A DNA stretch of 64,000 bases from Nanobdellota archaeon (GTDB lineage Archaea; Nanobdellota; Nanobdellia; Pacearchaeales; GW2011-AR1), in NCBI GenBank assembly GCA_022561055.1, contig JADFRY010000002.1:54064-118063 (forward strand), given 5' to 3'. A program made the position numbers and the translations under genes. Positions 27,039-35,543 of the stretch are shown piece after piece; positions within the stretch are counted from its first letter, which is position 1; the number at the start of each line of letters is the position of its first letter. The notes below the pieces were generated by a model that worked only from the letters and a program-made list of their open reading frames with translations, was not told the DNA's origin and did no database searches.

Positions 27039-28157
27039 TTAATCACTATAAACAAACCTCTTGATTTGCCTCTCGGCTCGCTTTCTCTTTCTTTGATGGT
27101 CTTTTAAAAATGAATTTATTTTTTTAATTAAGATTTCTTTTAATTCTGAGGTAAGTAGTTTGCCTGATTTGTAATCGTCGTGTATTTTTTGTAATTTTTT
27201 GTCATCTGGCTCAAAAAGCATTCTTAAATATTGATATGAAATGTCAACTTCTGGATTGCCGCCTAGTTTTCTGTGCTCTTCTAGCGTGTCTTTGCCGCCG
27301 GAAAAAGCATATTTTTTTATTTTGTGTTCGACTGTTTTTTCGTTGTCAGATAAATAAATTAAATTTGTTTCTTCCTCATCTGTAGCAGACATTTTTGTTG
27401 AGCCTTTTAAACCGGGAATAAATTTTGCATGTATTGCGGCTGGCTTTTGGAATTTTATAGAGGAATGTGATGCTATGTCCCTCGTTAGTCTTATGAAAGG
27501 GTCTTGGTCTATGCCTACCGGGACAAGTGTCTTGTGAGGGCCTTCTAAAAATTGAGGCAGTAAAATATGTGCCGCCTGAACAGCTGGATAAAAAGACCAA
27601 CCGATGTTATTCTCTGGCTTTAGACCAAATATTGCTTTTACTTCTGAATAAGTTATTAGTTTTGCAATTTGTGCTGCCCAGTTATACAAAGGAGGATAAG
27701 AAAAATCCTTCATTATAAAAGTTTTTCTAGGTTTGAAATCGAGCGCAATTAAATCTAAAATATTGTCATCTGCAAATTTTTTTGCATCTTTGTAAGATAG
27801 AGCTGGATTTACGAAGAATTTTTCATCTTCTGAAATTGGTATATAAATATTACACTTGTATAAATCTTGGAGTGATTTTGCTGCTAAAAACGGGACTAAA
27901 TGACCAAGATGCATTTTTTCTGAGGGGCCTCTTCCTGTAAGTATAGAGACTTTTTTCCTTGATTCTGCATCTTTTAACCAGACGTCAAATTCTCTATGAG
28001 AAAAGTAAACTCCTCTTCTTAACAATGGATGGGCTTTTTTTAACTTTGAAAGGATAGAATCAGGTATTTTTTCTGTGCCAAATTGTCTTATTAGCTTTTT
28101 GTAATTAACCTCTCCGGTGACTTTCCAGGGAGTAATTTTAAAATCCTCTTTTGCCAT
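27039..28157 (-). CDS. trpS: tryptophanyl-tRNA synthetase (archaeal/eukaryotic type)
   Basis: TGRGPSEKMHLGHLVPF (HIGH-type) and KMSAT (KMSKS-type). The N-terminal ITPWKV...YKKLIRQFG block is typical of archaeal TrpRS. Confidence 0.9.
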   Translation of the reverse strand: MAKEDFKITPWKVTGEVNYKKLIRQFGTEKIPDSILSKLKKAHPLLRRGVYFSHREFDVWLKDAESRKKVSILTGRGPSEKMHLGHLVPFLAAKSLQDLYKCNIYIPISEDEKFFVNPALSYKDAKKFADDNILDLIALDFKPRKTFIMKDFSYPPLYNWAAQIAKLITYSEVKAIFGLKPENNIGWSFYPAVQAAHILLPQFLEGPHKTLVPVGIDQDPFIRLTRDIASHSSIKFQKPAAIHAKFIPGLKGSTKMSATDEEETNLIYLSDNEKTVEHKIKKYAFSGGKDTLEEHRKLGGNPEVDISYQYLRMLFEPDDKKLQKIHDDYKSGKLLTSELKEILIKKINSFLKDHQRKRKRAERQIKRFVYSD

Positions 28158-28239
28158 GTTACTTTATGGAAAGGGGAATTTATAAAGATTCTCTGTGATT
28201 TTTATGACCTATGAATAGACAAATTTGATTTCTCTGGTA

Positions 28240-28251
28240 AAGTTTATATAC
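28240..28251 (+). promoter_or_regulatory. TATA box (aagtttatatac)
   Basis: The 8-mer centre lies 25.5 nt upstream of ATG 28272. Confidence 0.5.
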
Positions 28252-28271
28252 AAAAAACACATGATTTATAC

Positions 28272-30191
28272 ATGGAAATGAGGTTGACTCTATTATTTGG
28301 CGTTTTACTTTTATTGCCATTGGTATCAGCAGAAATATTAATTAGCCAGCCAGAGAACATTTATAATCTTGATGATGAACTTTCTATTAGTATAACTTTG
28401 AATCCAAATAATAGAGTCATAGATGAATTAATTGTAGATATTGTGTGTGATAATAGAACCGTCAAGATTTATGAGGTGCAACATAATCTTAATGTTGGAG
28501 AGGTAAGAGAAGTTAATATTGATTATATTTTAACAAGATCTAAAATTGGCTTTTTGGTAGGAGAATGTCGTCTTGCGGCGGATTATGGAGTTGACAGAGC
28601 TTTCAGCCAGAATTTTGAGCTTAGTGATGGAATAGATATTGACTTAGATTTAAAAATTGGAAGGTTTAACCCTGGAGATGAAGTGAGAGTTAGTGGCGAT
28701 GCATTAAAACTAAACGGAGAAAAAGTTGTCGGTTTCATAGAAATTAGAGTTGATGATGTAGGCGTTGCAATTTCAAAAACAGTTTATGAAGGCGAGTTTA
28801 CATTTAACTTCACACTTCCTGAAGACTCCCCTGCCGGAAAGCATTTGATGAATGTCAGAGTTTATGAAAAGGATTCTTCCGGAGAAACCAGTAATGAGGG
28901 AAATATAACTAAGTCAATTGAAATAAATCAAATCTTAAAAAAATTAGAGATAAATACGGCGTTCCTTAGCGTCTCGCCTGGAGAAGAGTTGACTTTTTCC
29001 GTTACACCATATGACCAAGCGGAATATGAAATTAAAAGGGAGATTAGTATTATAATCTACGAGCCCGGGGATTTTGTTTTTTTAAAAAAGTTAATTAATG
29101 CAGGAGAAGAAAACACTATAAAGATTAATTTAGGCGATGCTCCTGGATACTGGAAAATTGAAGCCAGGGCTGGAGATGTTAGTGTGAGGAAATTATTTTA
29201 TGTTGAAGATAATGAAGAGGCTCTTTTTAGTTTAATCAATAATACTCTCATCATAACAAATGTTGGAAATGTTTTGTATAAAAAAGCTGTGGAAATTTCA
29301 ATCGGTTCTGCTGTCGAAATAAAACATCTCAGTTTAGATGTAGGCGAAACACAAAAATTTAGGTTGTTTGCGCCTGATGGAACTTATTTAATTAGAGTAA
29401 AAGATGGCGATAAGGAAGCTGTTCTCGGGAATACTTTGTTAACAGGAAAAGTAATAGGAGTCACTGAGGTCAGGGAAGGGATTCTTGCAAGCTTTTCTAA
29501 TCCTTTACTTTGGATTTTAGGAATATTTTTATTAACTTTAATCATTGTTTATGTATATTTAAAAAAAATAAAGGGTAAATTTAAATTAAATTTAGGAAAA
29601 TCTAAAATCAAAAAAGAAACTTCTTCTGATCACCCTGTTTTAACATCTGGAGGAGCAATTGCAGGAGGAAAAGAAGAAGCCAGTGTTATTGCTTTAAAAC
29701 TTAACAATAAGATCTCTTCACGTTATGCATCGTCTTATCTTGAAAAAGCTCTTATGACTGCTAAGAGTGCTGGAGCGAAAATTTATGTAGATGAGAATTA
29801 TAGGATTATACTTTTCTCTACTTCTTTAACAAAGAAAAAAGATAATGAGCTTATAGCAGTCAAGGTATCGAAGAAGATAGAGGGAATTTTGAGTGAGTAT
29901 AATAAGCAGTTTAAGGAGAAAATCTATTTTGGATTAGGTATCAGTAATGGACAGATTATTATTGAAACAGCCGAAGGTAAATTTAAATTTACTTCTGTTG
30001 GTAAAGTAATTAGTGTAGCGAAAAAACTTGCTAATTTATCTGAGATGGAAGTATTGCTCTCTGACACTATGCACAGAAGAGTTATCACTGTCGTTAAAAC
30101 AAAGAAAGTAAAAAAAGATGCTTGGAAAGTAATAAAGATAACTGAAAGAGACAAACATAAAAACTTTCTTAGTAGGTTTAGTAATAAATGA
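28272..30191 (+). CDS. single-pass surface protein with cytoplasmic cyclase-homology-like domain
   Basis: Signal peptide (LLLLPLVSAEIL), about 400-aa beta-rich ectodomain, TM (LLWILGIFLLTLIIVYVYL). The C-terminal YFGLGISNGQIIIE...FTSVGKVISVAKKLANLSEMEVLLSD resembles the class III cyclase core. Confidence 0.45.
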   Translation: MEMRLTLLFGVLLLLPLVSAEILISQPENIYNLDDELSISITLNPNNRVIDELIVDIVCDNRTVKIYEVQHNLNVGEVREVNIDYILTRSKIGFLVGECRLAADYGVDRAFSQNFELSDGIDIDLDLKIGRFNPGDEVRVSGDALKLNGEKVVGFIEIRVDDVGVAISKTVYEGEFTFNFTLPEDSPAGKHLMNVRVYEKDSSGETSNEGNITKSIEINQILKKLEINTAFLSVSPGEELTFSVTPYDQAEYEIKREISIIIYEPGDFVFLKKLINAGEENTIKINLGDAPGYWKIEARAGDVSVRKLFYVEDNEEALFSLINNTLIITNVGNVLYKKAVEISIGSAVEIKHLSLDVGETQKFRLFAPDGTYLIRVKDGDKEAVLGNTLLTGKVIGVTEVREGILASFSNPLLWILGIFLLTLIIVYVYLKKIKGKFKLNLGKSKIKKETSSDHPVLTSGGAIAGGKEEASVIALKLNNKISSRYASSYLEKALMTAKSAGAKIYVDENYRIILFSTSLTKKKDNELIAVKVSKKIEGILSEYNKQFKEKIYFGLGISNGQIIIETAEGKFKFTSVGKVISVAKKLANLSEMEVLLSDTMHRRVITVVKTKKVKKDAWKVIKITERDKHKNFLSRFSNK

Positions 30192-30197
30192 GGTTAA

Positions 30198-30827
30198 ATG
30201 TCTATAAAGCTTCTGATTTTTGATTTTGATGGAACTTTAGTCGATACTAGAAATCTGATTTTAAAAATAGTTAGAACTCATCTTGGAAAATTTAATTATG
30301 CGTTAACTAAAGAAGCCTTACAGAAATTTGGTGATACTCCACTTGAAAAATTTATTGAAACAATAGGTGTTGAAAAAAAGATAATTAAAATTATTTCGAA
30401 ATTAATTAAGAGAGATTTTTTTAAAGAATACAACAAAGTAAAAGCTTGTAAAAATCTTGATAAGATTAAGAAAATAAAAAAAAGAAAAATAATTTTATCT
30501 GACAACACGAAAAAATTTATAACTGATTCATTGGAGCACCTTAAATTAAATTTTTTTGATGATATCTATGGGGCAGATGATTTTAAGAATAAAACTACCG
30601 GTATGAAAAAAATAATGAGAAAATATAAATTGAATCCTAAGGAAGTAGTTTATATTGGGGATAGAGTTATTGGTGTTAGGGTTTCTAAGGATGTGGGTTG
30701 TTTCTCAGTTGTAGTTTATAATAAATGTTCTTGGGGAAATAAAAAGGATTTATTAGAAGCGAACCCTGACTTTATTATTAATGATCTAAAAAAATTAAAA
30801 AAAATTATTCATAAGTTAGATAAATAG
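30198..30827 (+). CDS. HAD-superfamily phosphatase
   Basis: LLIFDFDGTLVDT (motif I, DxDGT) and a later GDRVIG-type motif. Confidence 0.75.
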   Translation: MSIKLLIFDFDGTLVDTRNLILKIVRTHLGKFNYALTKEALQKFGDTPLEKFIETIGVEKKIIKIISKLIKRDFFKEYNKVKACKNLDKIKKIKKRKIILSDNTKKFITDSLEHLKLNFFDDIYGADDFKNKTTGMKKIMRKYKLNPKEVVYIGDRVIGVRVSKDVGCFSVVVYNKCSWGNKKDLLEANPDFIINDLKKLKKIIHKLDK

Positions 30828-30845
30828 TTATTGTCTTGTGTGATT

Positions 30846-31859
30846 ATGAAAAGAATGTTTTTTATACTTATTTTGTTTATTTTTATTATGGGACTTGTAT
30901 CAGCTGAGGAGATTAATATTTCTGAGATGAATATAGAACAAAAAGTTGCTCAGATGGTAATAGTTAGTGGAGATAAGTTTGATTCTAGATTTTTAGACTT
31001 GGGTGTTGGAGGAATATTTTTAACTAAACAAAAATCAAAAGAAGATTATAAAAAATTAATTTCAAAATACCAAACAAATAGCAAAATAAAATTATTTGTC
31101 GCTACAGATATGGAAGGTTATTGGAATCCTTTCGATGATTTTTATAAAAGTAAAAATTTTGCTCAGATTAATAATGGAGAGGAAGCTTATGCATTAGGAA
31201 AAGAGCATGGCAACATATTGAAGGAATTAGGATTTAATATTGATTTTTCTCCTGTTGTGGAAGTTAGAAATAGCGTATGGCCTGGAAGGAGTTTTACTGG
31301 CAGTAATGAAGAAGTGAAAGAGAAAATTAAAAGTTATATAAAAGGTTTGCAAGAACAAGAAATTTTAGCAACTGCTAAGCATTATCCAGGAGGAAGTATG
31401 ATAAAAAATCCCCATATTTTTAAAGTAAGAGCGAAAATTTATCCTCAAGATTTAGAGCTTTTTGATTTTGCAATAAAAAATAAAGTTGATGCTATAATGG
31501 TTGGGCATTCTATTGTTTATGGCGCAATGGACTCTAAAGGAAAACAAAGTTCTGTCTCTGGTGAAATAATTATGGATTTAAGAGATAAGTTTAATGGTTT
31601 GATTATAACTGATGCAATAACTATGATGGGCCTAAGGTGGTCTTATTTGTTCAGTTTTAATAGAAAGGTTTATGTGGATGCAATAAATGCAGGAAATGAT
31701 ATTATTCTCGATGTATGGAAGTATTCTGGATATAAAAAAGTTAAGAAAAGAATAAATAATGTTATTAAAGCTATTGAAAAGGGTGAGATTTCTGAGGAGA
31801 GGATTGATGAAAGTTTGAAGAGGATTTTAGAGAAAAAAGGTTATAAAGTTGTTGAGTAG
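30846..31859 (+). CDS. secreted glycoside hydrolase family 3 N-terminal domain protein (NagZ-like)
   Basis: Signal peptide, then KHYPGGS and GLIITDAITM (GH3 KH(F/Y)PG and nucleophile-Asp blocks). ATG 30846 preferred over TTG 30831. Confidence 0.7.
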   Translation: MKRMFFILILFIFIMGLVSAEEINISEMNIEQKVAQMVIVSGDKFDSRFLDLGVGGIFLTKQKSKEDYKKLISKYQTNSKIKLFVATDMEGYWNPFDDFYKSKNFAQINNGEEAYALGKEHGNILKELGFNIDFSPVVEVRNSVWPGRSFTGSNEEVKEKIKSYIKGLQEQEILATAKHYPGGSMIKNPHIFKVRAKIYPQDLELFDFAIKNKVDAIMVGHSIVYGAMDSKGKQSSVSGEIIMDLRDKFNGLIITDAITMMGLRWSYLFSFNRKVYVDAINAGNDIILDVWKYSGYKKVKKRINNVIKAIEKGEISEERIDESLKRILEKKGYKVVE

Positions 31860-31868
31860 ATTATACAG

Positions 31869-32150
31869 ATGAAAATTATTTTTGAAACAATAGATAAGAC
31901 AAACAGAAAGATACATTTATCTAGAGAAAGATTAAAGCATATATCAAAGCACCCACATATGCATGAGCCAATTGATAATATTGAATTAACATTAAAAAAT
32001 CCAACAACTATAAGATATTTTGAAGATGATGAAAATATACGATATTTTTATAAAGAATTTAAGCATATGGACTCATCGGAGAGATATTTATTAGTCGCAG
32101 TTAATTATTTTAAACGGAAAGGGGTTCGTAATTACATCATTTTTTACTAA
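31869..32150 (+). CDS. small toxin-like protein paired with DUF2283-like gene, possibly frameshifted near its 3' end
   Basis: 93-aa ORF. The +1 frame from about 32113 reads NGKGFVITSFFTNKITGLKWQMK, which looks like a more typical C-terminus. Confidence 0.4.
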   Translation: MKIIFETIDKTNRKIHLSRERLKHISKHPHMHEPIDNIELTLKNPTTIRYFEDDENIRYFYKEFKHMDSSERYLLVAVNYFKRKGVRNYIIFY

Positions 32151-32168
32151 TAAAATAACTGGCTTAAA

Positions 32169-32414
32169 ATGGCAAATGAAATGAATATTTATTATGATGA
32201 AGAAGGAGATTTCTTAGAGATAACTTCTGGCGATATTGCTAATTGTTATTTTGACAATCTTGGAAATGGAATTTTTGAAATTATTGACAGGGAAACAAAA
32301 GAAGTAAAAGGTATTGCTATATTCAGTTTTAAAGCGAGAACAAAAAGTTTGGAAGAAATTAAGCTTTCTCTCCCGTTTAAGTTTAATATTACTCAGGAAT
32401 CAAGTGAAGTCTAA
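32169..32414 (+). CDS. DUF2283-like small protein (putative antitoxin partner)
   Basis: NIYYDEEGDFLEI...GIAIFSF matches the DUF2283 pattern (YD.E.D.L.I ... G.E.L). Confidence 0.55.
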   Translation: MANEMNIYYDEEGDFLEITSGDIANCYFDNLGNGIFEIIDRETKEVKGIAIFSFKARTKSLEEIKLSLPFKFNITQESSEV

Positions 32415-32429
32415 TAATTAGTGACAAAA

Positions 32430-33335
32430 TCACATCCTCTCCAACTTCTTTATTCTTTCATTTATGTCTGGATGGGTTGAGAAAAGTCCTTTGATTTTTC
32501 TTTTAAATGGATCTGAAATAAACAAGGGAGCAAGAGCTTTGGCAAATTTATGTTTTTCTTTCGAGGAAATATGTTCTTGTTTTATTTTTTTTAATGCGGA
32601 AGTAAGGCCGGGAGGATAGCGGGTTAGTTTGACAGCTGTCGCATCTGCTCCAAACTCGCGTTTTCTTGAGATTGCTAAAGAAACTAATTGGGCAGCTATT
32701 GGTGCAAGAATTGCAAATAATATTCCAATTAAAATTAAAAATATTTGTACTCTGCCATCCCTACCGCGTCCCCTCATACTTGAAAACCATAGACTTCTTA
32801 GAAAAATTTGGGCAATAATTGAAATCATTCCTACAAGCACTGCTGTCAATGTAATAAATCTTATATCATAATTTGCAACATGAGACATTTCGTGGGCAAT
32901 TACTCCTTCTAACTCTTGCTTGCTTAATTTTTGTAGGCAGCCTGTTGTGACACATATTACTGCATTTTTCGGGTTTCTTCCAGAAGCAAATGCGTTTATT
33001 TCTGATGATTCCATAATGTAGAGTTTCGGCATTGGTAGACCCGAAGCTATAGCCATTCCCTCTGCGGCGTGGTAAAACTCTCTGTGTTCAGTTTGGGAGG
33101 CTGGCTTTGCTTTCACGGAAGCCAGGGCAATCTTATCTGAGTTGTAATAACTAATTAAAACATAGGACATAGAAAAAATTATCGAGATAATCATTATGAT
33201 AAAAAAATAGCTCGGGTCTAGAATTAGTGAGATTATGAAGCCAAGAATTAAAAAGAAAATAAATATTACTATTATTAACAAAAAAGATTTTATTTTGTTA
33301 TTTCTGATCTGGTCGTGGAAGGATAGTCTTTGCAT
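32430..33335 (-). CDS. htpX: HtpX-type M48 zinc metalloprotease
   Basis: HEMSHV zinc motif, four TM segments, C-terminal FSTHPDINERI. Confidence 0.85.
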   Translation of the reverse strand: MQRLSFHDQIRNNKIKSFLLIIVIFIFFLILGFIISLILDPSYFFIIMIISIIFSMSYVLISYYNSDKIALASVKAKPASQTEHREFYHAAEGMAIASGLPMPKLYIMESSEINAFASGRNPKNAVICVTTGCLQKLSKQELEGVIAHEMSHVANYDIRFITLTAVLVGMISIIAQIFLRSLWFSSMRGRGRDGRVQIFLILIGILFAILAPIAAQLVSLAISRKREFGADATAVKLTRYPPGLTSALKKIKQEHISSKEKHKFAKALAPLFISDPFKRKIKGLFSTHPDINERIKKLERM

Positions 33336-33423
33336 GTGTTATTTAAAGATTTGTGATTTTTAAGGGTTTGGGCATAAACACGGTTAAGGAAAAATTATTA
33401 AATTAAAGACTGTATGAGTATTT

Positions 33424-33579
33424 ATGGCAAATATTTGTATGGTTTGTGGCCAAGAATTAATAAAGATTGTGTGCACTGGAAGAATAGGTAATATGGAAGT
33501 TGATTTTTGTGACGAGCATGCTGAATACTGTGATAATTGCGAGAAGGTTATATGTAGGATTATAAAAAACAATTACTAA
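33424..33579 (+). CDS. 51-aa Cys-rich zinc-ribbon-like peptide (not in ORF track)
   Basis: MANICMVCGQ...VCTG...FCDEH...YCDNCEKVIC carries CxxC and CxxC-type pairs. It is convergent with the tandem-HTH gene. Confidence 0.35.
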   Translation: MANICMVCGQELIKIVCTGRIGNMEVDFCDEHAEYCDNCEKVICRIIKNNY

Positions 33580-33599
33580 AACTCAACTCTGGGTATGTC

Positions 33600-34337
33600 T
33601 TATGTTTTCCTTGATTCTATTAATCCATCTACATATGTAGCGCGTTCTTGAGCTTGAGGGTCTTCTTGCATTGCTTTGTTTACATAAGTTGTATATCTTC
33701 TTACAGCAACCATGACACCTGTATCGTCTCCGTATCCTAAGACGTCGGCAATATCTTGAAAAGGAATCTTTCCTCCACAACAAGGAACATGATTTAGATC
33801 TCTCAACCAAAAAGCGCATGCATCTCTGAGTTTCATAATTTTAGTATCCTTATATAAATCTCTTCTACCATCGTACTGTCTAATTCTTCGGAGCATATCT
33901 TCAGGATTTTCTATTTGCATTTCCTTTAATATACCTAAACAAATATTTACAAGAGATGGAGTTTGCTTCATTGGGTGTTGTGGTTCCATGAATAAATCTT
34001 TAATTGGGTCTTCTTTCATTACTTTGTCTACATAAACTGTATATCTTCTTACAGCGTCCACAGCACTTGCATGGCTTCTGTATCCTAAGACGTTAGCAAT
34101 ATCTGGAAAAGAAATCTTTCCTCCACAACAAGGAACATGATTTAGATCTCTCAACCAAAAAGCGCATGCATCTCTGAGTTTTACAGTTTTAGTATCCCTA
34201 TATAAAGCATTTCCACCATCGCGCTGTCTAATTCTTTGGAGCATATCTTCAGGATTTTCTATTTGCATTTCCTTTAATATACCTAAACAAATATTTACAA
34301 GAGATGGAATTTGTCTCCTTTGGTGTTGTGGTTTCAT
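33600..34337 (-). CDS. protein with two tandem DnaA-domain-IV-like (Bac_DnaA_C) HTH domains
   Basis: Each half has KLRDACAFWLRDL...ISFPDIANVLGYRSHASAVDAVRRY, which parallels DnaA RPRQ.AMYL...L.EIG..FGGRDHTTV.HA.RKI. TATA lies 25.5 nt upstream of the ATG. Confidence 0.55.
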   Translation of the reverse strand: MKPQHQRRQIPSLVNICLGILKEMQIENPEDMLQRIRQRDGGNALYRDTKTVKLRDACAFWLRDLNHVPCCGGKISFPDIANVLGYRSHASAVDAVRRYTVYVDKVMKEDPIKDLFMEPQHPMKQTPSLVNICLGILKEMQIENPEDMLRRIRQYDGRRDLYKDTKIMKLRDACAFWLRDLNHVPCCGGKIPFQDIADVLGYGDDTGVMVAVRRYTTYVNKAMQEDPQAQERATYVDGLIESRKT

Positions 34338-34352
34338 GAATAAATCTTTAAT
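33657..34352. repeat. head-to-tail tandem duplication, 2 x 348 bp
   Basis: Identical runs are offset by exactly 348 nt: 33765..33833 = 34113..34181 (69 nt) and 33890..33960 = 34238..34308 (71 nt). The unit includes 15-16 nt of the former 5' UTR. Confidence 0.85.
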
Positions 34353-34391
34353 TTTTTATTTATAAAAATTTAGGTTCTAATAGGGAGATCA

Positions 34392-34949
34392 CTAGAACTC
34401 AATTTTAGGAACTGCTCTGGCTTCTGTTGGAATTTGTAAGAATTTCTTTGGCGATTTACCGTAGATTCTGGCGAAGAAAATTCCAGGAAATGATTTGCAA
34501 GTGTTGTTATATGTTAAGATTGAGTCATTATAAAACTGCCTTGAATAAGATATTTTGTCCTCTATGGCTGCCAGTTCTTTTTGTAAATGTAAAAAGTTTT
34601 CATTCGCTTTTAATTGGGGATAGTTCTCAGCAATTGCAAAAATAGACTTTAGAGCATTTTGTAATTCAGAACCCGCTTTCATCTTCTTTTCTATAGTTTT
34701 AGCGCCAAGTAAAACTTTTCTCGCATCAGTTACTTCTTTCATAATTTTACTTTCGTGTTTTGCATACCCTTTTACTGTACTTATTAGAGTTGGGACTAGA
34801 TCTGCTCTTTTTCTTAGCTGAACATCTATCTGAGATAAAGAATTGTCTATTCTATTACCAAGAACGATAAATCTGTTGAAGTAATATATTAAAATTAGGA
34901 CTACTAAGATAGCTAGTACAATGACTGTCCAGATTAATCCTGTTGGCAT
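34392..34949 (-). CDS. lemA: LemA family protein
   Basis: N-terminal TM plus IDVQLRKRADLVP...ENYPQLKANENF...Y..SRQFYND are LemA signature blocks. Confidence 0.85.
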   Translation of the reverse strand: MPTGLIWTVIVLAILVVLILIYYFNRFIVLGNRIDNSLSQIDVQLRKRADLVPTLISTVKGYAKHESKIMKEVTDARKVLLGAKTIEKKMKAGSELQNALKSIFAIAENYPQLKANENFLHLQKELAAIEDKISYSRQFYNDSILTYNNTCKSFPGIFFARIYGKSPKKFLQIPTEARAVPKIEF

Positions 34950-35070
34950 TGTTAGAACTAGAAAAAGAGTTTTATAAATATTGCTATTGGAATCTTTAAT
35001 TCACTTTGGATTAATAATTTATAGATAAAAGGATAAAAAGGATTAAAAGGTTTGAATTTCTTATTTTATT

Positions 35071-35445
35071 ATGAAACCAAGAACCAGAGTTTTTGTTACT
35101 TTCTCTATTTTAGTAATGATTATTGTGGGCTTGTATTTTTTTACTGACTGGTTCTCTAAAGTTACTGGTTATGTTTTAGGAGAGGACGAAAAAATAAAAT
35201 TAGCTCAATGTCTTGACGGTAAAAATGCTGTCTTGTACATTTCTTCAACATGTCCTGACTGTGATAAGCAGAGAGAGCTTTTTGGAGAGGAGGCTTTTAA
35301 GTTTATTAGCTATTTTGAATGCAAAAGTATTGAAGAATGTCCTGACCTTAAGGGAGTTCCTGCCTGGAAAATTAATGGAGAGTTTTATTATGGTAAGAAA
35401 TCGCTGGGAAGCTTGCAGAAGATTAGTGGGTGTGGGGTGGAGTAA
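35071..35445 (+). CDS. membrane-anchored thioredoxin-fold protein (CxxC)
   Basis: N-terminal TM, then LYISSTCPDCDKQRELFG ... GVPAWKINGEFYYG, like the Trx-like domains partnered with VKOR/Dsb systems. Confidence 0.5.
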   Translation: MKPRTRVFVTFSILVMIIVGLYFFTDWFSKVTGYVLGEDEKIKLAQCLDGKNAVLYISSTCPDCDKQRELFGEEAFKFISYFECKSIEECPDLKGVPAWKINGEFYYGKKSLGSLQKISGCGVE

Positions 35446-35543
35446 TATTTGATTTTCATTCAATTTTAGTTAACAATGGTAAACGGTGTTCTCGAAACAT
35501 TTAAATAATAAGTTAACAATAGTTAACTATTGGAGGTTATAAT

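Noticed and set aside
33384-33819. Minus-strand ORFs 33384..33572 and 33583..33819
   Set aside because: The first is antisense to the better-looking Cys-rich plus-strand peptide. The second is an alternative frame inside the tandem-HTH gene, whose own frame is supported by the duplicated domain structure.
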